The notes under the pieces were generated by a model. That model worked only from the letters and a program-made list of their open reading frames with translations. It did not search any database and had not been told where the DNA came from. This document shows positions 50,337-60,762 of a DNA stretch of 64,000 nt, piece by piece (position 1 is the first letter of the stretch; each line of letters opens with the position of its first letter). The stretch comes from an uncultured cyanobacterium. GTDB taxonomy: Bacteria; Cyanobacteriota; Cyanobacteriia; Cyanobacteriales; Nostocaceae. Where the stretch lies: NCBI GenBank assembly GCA_963740315.1, contig CAVUDP010000002.1, forward strand, positions 1,120,001-1,184,000, in the 5' to 3' direction. The translations under genes and the position numbers were made by a program.

Positions 50337-53300
50337 TTAAACTTCCACTTCAACATCACTAACTACAAACTCATCGCCAAATTCCATCAAGTATCTCAAT
50401 GCTTTAACTATACTTCTGGCACATTCTTGAGGAGAAGTATTGTAAAAGTATCGCCATGCTGCGGCTTTATCTTCGTCGTATTTATCGCTTCTTCCTGGTT
50501 GATTGTTTAACCAGTTTAATCGCACGGCATGACCAATTAATACATCTAAAACGATATATTCGCGGATTTGTAATTCTGGATTATGTTTGGCGATCGCTGC
50601 GAGTTCCATCAGAGCTTCGACGTTTGCCTGTCGGTATTCTGGGGCTTCGATTTTGTTTAACAAATGCTCGACTCTGAGGGCAAAGTTCTTTTCTAATGCC
50701 GTCATTTCTGATACCAGAATACTATCCAAGCGGTTGCGACGTTCTAATTTATCCCCAATTATCAAACCTTTGCAGTTATGCATCAATTCCCAAACTCTTT
50801 CAAAGAAGTCATTGGGTACGCGGTTGATAGCTCCTTCTGCTTGCCGATATCGCCGCCATCCTCCGGTTGGTACTTCTATTTTTTCTACATTTCCTGACTT
50901 TACTATCCAATCAATTTCGGTTTCTTTCTGCTTGACGTGCAGTGATTCTTGCTGACGCAATAACTGATTCATGCCGGAATATTCTAACAAACAGTTTTTC
51001 AATCGCGTTTTTACTTCAAAGGGCGATCGCTGCATTAAATTTTCGTAGGCTTCGTCTTGGGTAATATCTAATTCTCTGGCGAGTTTGTTAGTAATAAATA
51101 ATATCAGATGACTTGTTCTAATAGTTAGTAATCCTTTAAATATTTCTGGTTCGGAATTGATTAAGGTACGCAGGTAAATGAGAATTTCTTGAGTTAAAAC
51201 TCCATCTCTAACGTCTTCGCGACAGAAGTCTTTGATTTTTTCGACTATTTCTTTGTGAGAAAGCGGTACTGTTATCAACGATGCTTCGTTGTAAGCTCTA
51301 CCAACTGCAATCTGCTTACCGCGTGCTAAAAGACTTGTAACTATATCCGACAAGCGCATATCTGCCATTTGCAGCAAACCGGCAGCGCGACGCACAACCG
51401 CCCAAAGTCCGATTTCACCTGCTTTGTAGTAAACTTCGTCGAGTAAATCCGATACTGTTACTGTATTACCGTCGCCAAAGCTGGTATCGAAATCTAGTCC
51501 CTGCAAGCGGGTTAATGTCTGCAATAATTCAATTTGTTCGTAAAGGTTATCTGAGCAGCGCAACGAATCAAGCAAGAATTCTAAGTTGGTTTCGCATTCC
51601 ATTTGGAATTCTTGGGTATGTTCTAATAACCAATTGTTGTTGTCATTATAAAGTAAGTAGGAACTGCGAGGAGCAATTTTTGTAACTGGCGACTTTTTAA
51701 ACTCGAATTGCCCTACATCAACTCTTTGAATGTTGGCGGTAAGCATTAACTGATTGAGCCTTCCCAATTTTACCCGCACGCCGTCGCATACACCTTCTTT
51801 CAATTCTTCCATTAATGATAGTAGTGCTTCGCTACCTGTTTCTAACATAGTGCGAGTCAACATTAAAGTTAAAGTCGGACGACCTAAATCGCTCCAATAT
51901 TTTTCAATGTAAGCTAGTTCGCTTTTGAGTTGAGCTACAAGAAAGTGATAATCTAAGGTTAAGTAAAATTGCTCTGAATCTAGGAAGGAAGGAAGAAACA
52001 CAACGTTTTCGTAACCGATGCGGAAAATTCTCGACGTAGTTAAACTTCTAGGTAGTCTTGCTGGTCTTCCTGTTAAACCAAGTTTTTCATTACATCCAAT
52101 TCCTTGATAAATAGCAATTAAATCTGCTGCTTGACGTACTTGAATTGGGTTGATTTGTAATAAGGTTTCGGTTTGAATTCCGCGAACTGCTAATTTTGAC
52201 TGTAGTTCTTCATCTTCTGCTAATAAAGCAATTTGTACTATCGGTTGTCGGTGTCTTCCTACGGATAAATGTCTTCCTAAAGGGTCAATATCTCCTACAC
52301 AAAGCAATTTTTCGCTTAACATTTGTCCGAGAAAATACAAACTTTGCGCCCATACTAAAGGAACGTTTTCGTTGGGTAAACGTTTTTGTGTTCCGGGTGC
52401 TTGTTTCTCAGCTTCTATATTTTCTTCAGGTACGTAATAAACTTCTGGTAGCAAACGCATATTATCGCGATCGACTAACGTATATTCTAAACTTTGCTGA
52501 TAATGCTTGATTCTATCCTGTTCGCCGCGAAATAATGCATCTAAATGCAAATAAGTGAAAAATAGGGGCCATTCGCATTCGATATGTTCAAATTGCTTCA
52601 GCTCGCTGGGTTCGTAATGCAAGCGATGACTATCTTCTAAAACTGTTTGATGCCCGTCGCGTAAAAACCTTTTACAACCGTAATTACCTTCTAACTTATT
52701 AATAATCTCTTCTAACGTGCGCTGACGTAAACTTTCATCTTCCACAGCAAAAGCCGGAAAACTAATTACGCTCAAAAGTGCTGCATCAATTTCTTTAGAA
52801 GCCGATTCTCTAGGTAATAAATACTCTAACGTAATGCGAGCGCGGGCAATTTCATCGGGTAAAACGTGAATTACCGACGCTTTACTTCCATGTACCCCAA
52901 ATAAATCGAGTCCGTTTATTGCTTCCAAAGCAGCTTTCGCCATCCCAACGGAACTAGCATTTAATTCTGCATTACCATGATTAATTTTATTACCTCGTTC
53001 CCAAATCCCATAATCTGGGGTGCGGTAAGCTCGTCCAATATAGTAAACCAGGTTTTGCACAAAATCTACTTCATCAAGAGTGTAAACCAACTGCACTCCC
53101 GAAGCTGTCATTTGCGCCAACATCAACAAATATATCGATGTCGCGTCAAGCTGCAAATGTCCCCATTCATCATCACCAACTACAATATCGCCAGTTGCAG
53201 TATTGTATTTAGCGTGTAATGCATCCAAAGGCGATTGAGTATGCTTGAATTGTTCTACTTTACCCGCCTGTCGCATCATCGAGAATAATAATCCCCGCAT

Positions 53301-53567
53301 CAACTTGATAACGCTGTGTTCTAATTCGTAAGTGCGTCCCTTATCTTCGTCAATTTTACGATAAGCTAACGCTAATCCCCAAACCGCTAAAATACTGTAA
53401 ACATTATCCCGTACCCAAGCATCCGTATAGTCTCCGTGGGCAGTTATCGCCGTTGAAGCCGGGAGCAAACCAGTAATCGGATTTTGACGGGAAATAATAA
53501 TAGTCTTGATTTGCTGATAATAATATTCTAGGCGTGGAAGTAACTGCAAGGTTCTAAACATAATCAA
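50337..53567 (-). CDS. GH15-like / phosphorylase kinase alpha-beta subunit homolog
   Basis: DAWVRDNVYS, WGHLQLDATS, PDYGIWERGNK, LPRESASKEIDA, GCKRFLRDGHQT and ECEWPLFF motifs. Confidence 0.9.
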   Translation of the reverse strand: MIMFRTLQLLPRLEYYYQQIKTIIISRQNPITGLLPASTAITAHGDYTDAWVRDNVYSILAVWGLALAYRKIDEDKGRTYELEHSVIKLMRGLLFSMMRQAGKVEQFKHTQSPLDALHAKYNTATGDIVVGDDEWGHLQLDATSIYLLMLAQMTASGVQLVYTLDEVDFVQNLVYYIGRAYRTPDYGIWERGNKINHGNAELNASSVGMAKAALEAINGLDLFGVHGSKASVIHVLPDEIARARITLEYLLPRESASKEIDAALLSVISFPAFAVEDESLRQRTLEEIINKLEGNYGCKRFLRDGHQTVLEDSHRLHYEPSELKQFEHIECEWPLFFTYLHLDALFRGEQDRIKHYQQSLEYTLVDRDNMRLLPEVYYVPEENIEAEKQAPGTQKRLPNENVPLVWAQSLYFLGQMLSEKLLCVGDIDPLGRHLSVGRHRQPIVQIALLAEDEELQSKLAVRGIQTETLLQINPIQVRQAADLIAIYQGIGCNEKLGLTGRPARLPRSLTTSRIFRIGYENVVFLPSFLDSEQFYLTLDYHFLVAQLKSELAYIEKYWSDLGRPTLTLMLTRTMLETGSEALLSLMEELKEGVCDGVRVKLGRLNQLMLTANIQRVDVGQFEFKKSPVTKIAPRSSYLLYNDNNNWLLEHTQEFQMECETNLEFLLDSLRCSDNLYEQIELLQTLTRLQGLDFDTSFGDGNTVTVSDLLDEVYYKAGEIGLWAVVRRAAGLLQMADMRLSDIVTSLLARGKQIAVGRAYNEASLITVPLSHKEIVEKIKDFCREDVRDGVLTQEILIYLRTLINSEPEIFKGLLTIRTSHLILFITNKLARELDITQDEAYENLMQRSPFEVKTRLKNCLLEYSGMNQLLRQQESLHVKQKETEIDWIVKSGNVEKIEVPTGGWRRYRQAEGAINRVPNDFFERVWELMHNCKGLIIGDKLERRNRLDSILVSEMTALEKNFALRVEHLLNKIEAPEYRQANVEALMELAAIAKHNPELQIREYIVLDVLIGHAVRLNWLNNQPGRSDKYDEDKAAAWRYFYNTSPQECARSIVKALRYLMEFGDEFVVSDVEVEV

Positions 53568-54271
53568 ATTCGATAACTTTTGGCGGGATTTTATCCCCTA
53601 ACCGTATGGAGTATAGAAGCAAAAACAGCATAACTTCTGTAATCGCTTCTAGCAATTTTGCTTTCCTGCCGTTAGTGGAGAGTTAGTATTTTTTCACCGT
53701 CAGAAATATTGTTTCAATGTTTACAGTTGTCAAACAGTAAAGATTGTTGTCTTTTATCCAGATTGTCAACAAATCAAAGTATTTGCAGAATAAATCCTGA
53801 GATTATAAACATCACGAATTCCTGACATTCTTCTCAATTTAAATTCCGAACGACTGAGCTTATTGCTATTAATTCGCAATATTCTCTGCAAAAAGTCTAT
53901 TATTATCAAGCAGTTTGCTGTTAGAACTTCTAAATGAATATTTGCTCGTCTTTGATAGTAGTTTTGGATCGTTTTTAGATCGTTGACGATACGGACAGCT
54001 ATATATATGAAGCTGATGGGCGTTAATGTCTATTATTAAGTTACGGTAAATTTATTGCTGGATATTACGTGGCGAGCCTTAATTATTTTTCGTAATTTGA
54101 TATCAATTTCTCAGACTTAGAAGCTCGACTGTTTTGCTTGTAATCCCCGGGAAAGAGCGGATTTACTTCAGTACTATCACAGATATATTTAAAAGTGTTT
54201 AAAACAATAACTACTTGCTACAATGTTAATAATTTGACACTTCAAATTTTCAAGGAAATTTAAATATTACC

Positions 54272-54306
54272 TTGACATAGATAGTAAGAGTAGTAAAATC
54301 TACTCT
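54272..54306 (+). promoter_or_regulatory. Sigma70-type promoter for mgtE with an overlapping inverted repeat
   Basis: TTGACA (54272-54277), 16-nt spacer, TAAAAT (54294-54299). AGAGTAG-N6-CTACTCT palindrome centred on the -10 box. Confidence 0.6.
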
Positions 54307-54318
54307 ATTGGAATGAAA

Positions 54319-54548
54319 ATCGGGGCATAGAGCTATTCAGTAGTGCGTAATATCACACAAAGTAATACTGAAGCTCAGCATCTACCGGATTACACAGTTC
54401 CGGGTTAGTATTATGACTTAGCGATGCCTCGATAGGTAATCGATGTTGATTTTTTAAATATTTATGGACAGAAGTCCGGAAGACGGTAGTACCATCCTCC
54501 TCTAAGCTGTAGAGTTTGTCTCTCAGCGCGGGGGAGATAACAGGAGGA
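54319..54548 (+). promoter_or_regulatory. Structured 5' leader of mgtE (candidate cis-regulatory RNA)
   Basis: Several nested stems and an anti-SD (TCCTCCT 54495-54501 with AGGAGGA 54542-54548). Confidence 0.5.
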
Positions 54549-54551
54549 ATT

Positions 54552-55913
54552 ATGATTATTCAAGATGTTCGCAATTGTGCAATCAACATTGCTGACTTTG
54601 GCGTTACAGATTTAAATGAACTCAAATGGGATTTAAATCACTTACCAGCCGTTGATGTAGGGGAATACATCACCAATTTATCTAGAAAACAACGTGCGAT
54701 CGCCTTTCGTTTGCTTAATAAGAATCGAGCTATTGATGTTTTTGAATATTTACAGACAGAAGTACAGGAGCAATTAATAAATTCCCTGCATGACGTACAA
54801 GTCGCGCAAATATTGGAAGAGATGAGTCCAGACGAACGTGCGGAATTATTCGACGAACTACCCGCTCTTGTTGTTAAACGGTTATTACAGTCATTAAGTC
54901 CGCAGCAAAGACAAGTTACTGCAACGATTCTCGGTTATCCAGAAGGAACCGCAGGAAGAGTAATGACTACCGAATACGTGCGGTTGCAGGAAGGATTGAC
55001 AGTCAGAGAAGTTCTGAATAAAATCTGCTCTTATGACGAAGACAAAGAAACTATTTATTATGCCTACGTCACCGATAACAACCGTAAGTTAGTTAGCGTT
55101 GTATCGTTGCGACAATTACTATTTTCCTATCCTGACGCTTTATTAGGGGATATTGCTGCTGCTAAAGTTATTAGAGCTACCACAGACACTCCACAGCGAG
55201 AAGTTGCAAAACTGATCAAGCGATACGATTTAATCGCTTTACCTATAGTCGATCGAGAAGACAGACTCGTTGGTATTGTTACCATTGATGACGTAGTAGA
55301 TATTATTGATGAAGAAGCTACAGAAGATATTCAAAAACTCGCAGGGGTAACTGGGGGTGATGAAAGTGCTTTGTGTTCCCCTCGTGTTACCCTCCGCAAA
55401 CGTTTACCCTGGCTGCTGGGAAATATCGGTTTGTACATTGCTGCTGCTAGCGCGATCGCACCTTTCCAAGAAGTGATTAAAGTAGTGCCGGTTTTAGCAA
55501 TTATCATGCCGATTTTGGCTAACAGTAGCGGTAACGTAGCATTCCAGGTCTTATCAGTAACAGTACGGGGATTGGGTTTGGGAGAAGTAACCCCAAAAGA
55601 CACTTTAACTTTGCTGAAAAAAGAATTGACAGCAGGCTTAGGAACGGCGATCGGATTGGGTTTAGCTTTAACAACTTTATCAATGATGTGGTCGCCTCCC
55701 GATGAACGCTGGGTATCATTTGTTGCTGGAAGCGTCATGGCTGTAAACGTAATGATAGCCGTAACGTTAGGAACCGTATTACCAATGGGATTAAAACGCT
55801 TAAACCTAGATCCAGCATTAATTAGCGGTCCTTTAATGACCACAACTTTAGACGCAGTTGGTTTTATGACATTTTTATCTTTAATTTCCTTCGCTTTGCA
55901 ACTATTCTCTTGA
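54552..55913 (+). CDS. mgtE: Magnesium transporter MgtE
   Basis: MSPDERAELFDELP, YPEGTAGRVMT, CBS pair, RLPWLL, GNVAFQ and DPALISGPLMTTTLD. ATG 54552 follows AGGAGG. Confidence 0.96.
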   Translation: MIIQDVRNCAINIADFGVTDLNELKWDLNHLPAVDVGEYITNLSRKQRAIAFRLLNKNRAIDVFEYLQTEVQEQLINSLHDVQVAQILEEMSPDERAELFDELPALVVKRLLQSLSPQQRQVTATILGYPEGTAGRVMTTEYVRLQEGLTVREVLNKICSYDEDKETIYYAYVTDNNRKLVSVVSLRQLLFSYPDALLGDIAAAKVIRATTDTPQREVAKLIKRYDLIALPIVDREDRLVGIVTIDDVVDIIDEEATEDIQKLAGVTGGDESALCSPRVTLRKRLPWLLGNIGLYIAAASAIAPFQEVIKVVPVLAIIMPILANSSGNVAFQVLSVTVRGLGLGEVTPKDTLTLLKKELTAGLGTAIGLGLALTTLSMMWSPPDERWVSFVAGSVMAVNVMIAVTLGTVLPMGLKRLNLDPALISGPLMTTTLDAVGFMTFLSLISFALQLFS

Positions 55914-56255
55914 GTGTGAGCAGTTATCATCTAGTACTCCTTTTCATTATTTTTGATAGGTAAAAAGGTTTGTAGTAAGGGCTTTAGCCCCTCCGGATTT
56001 AGGGAACCGATGCCCTTACTACGAACCTTAGAATCAATTTCAAGCTAAACAGCTTAATTTCCCTTCCCTGTATATAAATACAAAACAAAATCCTATATTT
56101 ACTGATAACTGTTCACTGTTCACTGCTCACTGTTAATAACTTGACCGTTATCGATTAAAATTGGTGAATGCCGAATTCGATCGCTTTTACTATTGATATC
56201 GATTTGATGTCTAATAGGGTAATTTTGTAAAAACTAGTAAGATATACCAAAAATT

Positions 56256-56573
56256 ATGAGTACAGTAACCCAAGTTAAAGAAAGCGAATTTGATACGCTT
56301 TTAAAATCGGAAAATTTACTTGTTGTTGATTTTAGTGCCTCTTGGTGCGGTCCTTGTCGCGTGGTTGCACCTTTGGTTGAACAATTAGCGCAAGAGCATG
56401 AAGATATTAAAGTAGTAAAAATAGACGTAGACCAAGATAAACCGCTGGCTAAAAGATACGAAGTTCGCAGCATTCCTGCGGTTTTAATGTTCAAAAATGG
56501 CGAGTTAGTAGAAAATATTGTCGGTGTTAAACCTTATGAAGAATTTGCCGACGCAGTTAAAAAGAATCTTTAG
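56256..56573 (+). CDS. trxA: Thioredoxin
   Basis: VDFSASWCGPCR and VRSIPA motifs. Confidence 0.9.
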   Translation: MSTVTQVKESEFDTLLKSENLLVVDFSASWCGPCRVVAPLVEQLAQEHEDIKVVKIDVDQDKPLAKRYEVRSIPAVLMFKNGELVENIVGVKPYEEFADAVKKNL

Positions 56574-56817
56574 TTGAGGGAACGGGGAATAGGGAATTGA
56601 TAATTGGTAATTGATAATTGGTAATTATCTCCTTGTTTCCTATTCTTCCCCCTCTTCCCCCTCTTCCCCCTCTCCCCACTCTCATCTTTTATCCCACATC
56701 TTTAATACCTAAAACTGCAACGAAGGTGGTATGATTTGCTCTGCACACTTAAACTAAGTAACTGTAGAGACATCATCGCTCGTGCAATAATAAGCACGCC
56801 AGAGTCGATAAAAATCT

Positions 56818-57810
56818 ATGCCTACTACCACCTGGACTCGTCATCACGTTCTTTCCCTAGCTGATTTCACCGCTACTGAATACAATGCAGTTTTACAGAC
56901 TGCTGCGAGTTTTCAGGAAGTGCTAACGCGGCGGATGAAAAAAGTGCCTACTTTGCAGGGACAAGTGGTGGCGAATTTGTTTTTTGAACCATCAACTCGG
57001 ACTCGCAGTAGTTTTGAACTCGCTGCCAAACGTTTGAGTGCAGATACGTTGAACTTCTCCGCAGCAAGTTCTTCGATGACAAAGGGAGAAACAATTTTAG
57101 ATACAGCTAAAACTTATTTAGCGATGGGTACCGATATTATGGTGGTGCGCCATCGAGAAGCAGGAGTACCAAACGCGATCGCAACAGAAATGGATCGTTT
57201 GGGTGTCAAAGTCAGCGTTCTCAATGCTGGTGACGGACAGCACGAGCATCCTTCGCAAGGGCTACTAGATTTGTTTACTATTTGCAGTTTGCTCGATAGA
57301 GAAAAGCCCCGGTTAGAACTTTTGCAGGGTAAAAAAATTGCGATCGTCGGAGATATTCTACATTCTCGCGTTGCTAGGTCGAATATTTGGAGTCTTACCG
57401 CAGCTACCGACGCAGAGCTACATTTGGCAGCACCACCGACACTTTTACCAAAATTATTCGCAGATTACGGCAAAGATAGACCTGGTAAATTATTCGTACA
57501 TTGGGAATTAGAGCCAGCTTTGCAAGATGCCGATTTTGTAATGACGCTGCGATTGCAAAAGGAACGCATGACAGAGCATTTATTACCTTCGTTGCGGGAA
57601 TATCATCAGTTATTTGGAATTACGCGAGATAAATTGCGAAACTGTAACGATAACGTCAAAGTACTGCATCCAGGTCCCGTAAATAGGGGTGTTGAAATTA
57701 GCTCGGATTTAATGGATGATTCAGAGTTTAGTTTGATACAGAATCAGGTGACGAGCGGGGTTGCGGTAAGAATGGCTTTGCTGTACTTAATTGGTAGTGG
57801 GAAAGCGTAA
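56818..57810 (+). CDS. pyrB: Aspartate carbamoyltransferase catalytic subunit
   Basis: [32 protein letters not shown] and HPGPVNRG motifs. Confidence 0.97.
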   Translation: MPTTTWTRHHVLSLADFTATEYNAVLQTAASFQEVLTRRMKKVPTLQGQVVANLFFEPSTRTRSSFELAAKRLSADTLNFSAASSSMTKGETILDTAKTYLAMGTDIMVVRHREAGVPNAIATEMDRLGVKVSVLNAGDGQHEHPSQGLLDLFTICSLLDREKPRLELLQGKKIAIVGDILHSRVARSNIWSLTAATDAELHLAAPPTLLPKLFADYGKDRPGKLFVHWELEPALQDADFVMTLRLQKERMTEHLLPSLREYHQLFGITRDKLRNCNDNVKVLHPGPVNRGVEISSDLMDDSEFSLIQNQVTSGVAVRMALLYLIGSGKA

Positions 57811-58226
57811 CGATCGGGCATTGGGCATAGTAGTGCTGCCTTCGTAGCGTGTCCTTTCTGACATGCATCTTGCTCGCTAGTTAGACAGAAAGAATAATAT
57901 TAAAGATAAAAGTCAATTTGTAGGGTGTGTTATGGCGCGTGCTTGTAATTGCGATTGTCACATTACCATATAGGTTTCGCGCCTAACGCACCATTTATCA
58001 ACAGTGAAAAAGTTCGTAGGTTGGGTTAAACGCACGAAGAAGTATCATTCTCACGAAGCATAATATTTGCGTTTTTGTACGAATCAGCACTAACCAAAAA
58101 TTAGCCAGACATATTTCCTCGCGCAGCCATAATCCATAAGTAATATCACCGTATTTTAACGATTGGGGTTAGTAGCGCAAAGAATCCGGGAACCCTAAAT
58201 CCAGAAGATAAAAAGATATTGATAAT

Positions 58227-60679
58227 ATGAAAAAGATTATTTTTCTATCTGGATTAATAAGTGTACTAACTTCAGGAATCATGTTACCAGCTTATTCTCA
58301 AGTAACATCCGATAACACTACTAATACAACTGTTAACTCAAACGGTAATAATTTCGATATTCTTGACGGTATTCAAAAAGGGAATAATCTATTTCACAGC
58401 TTTAAAGAGTTTTCTATTCCTACTGGTGGCACCGCTACTTTTAAGAATTATACAGATATAGGAAATATTATTAATCGGGTAACTGGTGGAAATATATCTA
58501 ATATTGATGGGTTAATTAAAGCTCAAGGAAATGCAAATTTATTTTTAATTAATCCTGCGGGAATTGTCTTTGGGGAAAATGCTTCTTTAGATATTGGTGG
58601 TTCGTTTTTCGGGAGTACCGCACAAAGTATTTTATTTAAAGATGGGTTTAAATTCAGCGCGGTTAATTCTGAAGAAAAGCCGTTATTAACTGTGAGCGTT
58701 CCTGTTGGTTTGCAAATGGGGACAAATCCTGGAGCAATTGAGGTAAATGGAAGCGGACATAATTTAATCACGCAGAATGCTAATCTTGCACCTCACATCA
58801 ATCCTGGTAACTTGAATTCATTACAGGTAAAACCAGCTAAAACCTTAGCTTTAGTTGGTGGAGATATTACGCTTGATGGTGGTATTCTCACAGCAGAAAC
58901 AGGAAGAATAGAGTTAGCCAGTCTAAGGAGAGGGGAAGTAAGTTTAACCCAGACTTTGAAAGGTTTTACGTTAGATAATGCTGAACTATCAAATTTGGGG
59001 AATATTCAACTATTGGAACAAGCTTTAGTAGAGGTTAGCGGTGAAGGTGCTGGTTCAATTAACGTAAAGGGTAATCTAGTTACTATCAAGGATGGCTCTC
59101 AATTGTTAGTGCAAAATCGCGGTATTCAGCCAGCAGGAGACATTAATGTTAATGCAAGTGAATCTTTGCAAATAAATGGTGTTTCTGCTGATGGAACAAT
59201 TCGCAGTGGTTTATTGAATGAGACTTTCTTCTGCAAGTAGTGGAAATATTAATGTTGTTACACCACGTTTAATTGTTCAAAATGGAGGTTCTATTGTTAG
59301 TAAAACTTTTAGCCCCGCACAAGGGGGTAATATTACTTTAGATGTATCCGAATTAATTGAAGTCAATGGATTTTCAGAAATTAACCCAGAAATATTTAGC
59401 ACTATTGCTTCAATAACACTTGCAGACGGTAAATCTGGCGGTATATCTGTTTCCACGCTCAAGCTATCTGTATTAGATGGTGCAATTATCTCAACTACGA
59501 CTTTTGGCAATGGTGATAGTGGCAATTTAAGTATAAATGCTCAAATTTTATCAGTAAAAGGCTCTGGTTTGGGTTTATTTGGAGATAGCACTATTGCTAG
59601 CTCAAATGAATGCAAACGGAATGGCTGGTAACATGGAGATTAATACTAAAAATATAACTATAGAAGGAGGCGCAACTGTAAATACTGCTAGTCTCAACAG
59701 TGGAGATGCTGGTAATCTCGCAATCAATGCAACAGAATCCATCCAGATAGTGGGTAAAAATGTTTTTAGGGCTAGCAGATTAGGATCGAGTGTCGCAACA
59801 GATCCCGCTTTGCAGAGTATATTTAACTTACCAAAAGTTCCTGGCGGTAATGCTGGAGATATCACTATCAATACACCATTCCTTTCAGTAGCTGATAGAG
59901 GTTTTGTGAGTGTAGATAATTTAGGAACTGGGGATGCTGGTATTCTCAAGGTAAATGCAGATTTTATTAAGTTAGATAATTTGGGTAGACTTTCGGCTAC
60001 CACAAAATTTGGTGAAGGTGGTGATATTTCGTTGCAATCGCAAAGCTTACAAATGCGTCGTGAAAGTATTATTAGTACATCCGCTGGTGGTGCTGGGAAT
60101 GGTGGCAATATTACTATTAATACCGATACTCTTCTAGCTTTGGAAAACAGCGATATCACCGCAAATGCTCAAAATAGTTTTGGTGGAAAGGTAACTATTA
60201 ACGCACAAGGTATTTTTGGTACGCAGTTTCGAGACAAACAAACCGATGCCAGCGATATTACTGCAAGTTCTCAGTTGGGAGCAGAATTTAGTGGTTTAGT
60301 AGAACTGAATACCCCAGGAATTGACTCTAATTTGGAAGTAGCGGAATTACCTACAAATGTCATAGATTCTACCAATCAAATTGAGAAAGGATGCGCTGCT
60401 CAAACTGGAAGCAATTTCGTCGTTACCGGAAGAGGTGGGATGCCGCAAAACCCCACTCAATCCTTGTATTCAAATCCAACTTGGTCAGATATTCGCGATT
60501 TATCGGTATCTCGTAAGCGTAATAATAATATTCAAACTACAGAAATATCAAATAAACCAGCGATTGTAGAAGCTACTGGTTTTATTCGTAATGCAGACGG
60601 AGAAATTGAATTTGTTGCCGCTCAAAATACACTTTTAAAAACAAAACGAATTTCTAATTGTAGCGGAAAGAATACGTAA
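58227..60679 (+). pseudogene. Filamentous haemagglutinin (TPS-domain) family exoprotein split by two frameshifts
   Basis: Signal peptide plus NLFHSF...NRVTG...LFLINPAGI (TPS domain). ORFs 58227-59240, 59218-59631 and 59579-60679 join by +1 shifts near 59228 and 59604 into one paralog of the next gene. Confidence 0.85.
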
Positions 60680-60762
60680 TAACACTGATTTTCTATGATT
60701 GTGTTAGTAGCATTGATTATTTGGGAATCATAGCTTCAGAAAATCAAAAATATTTTGACAAT

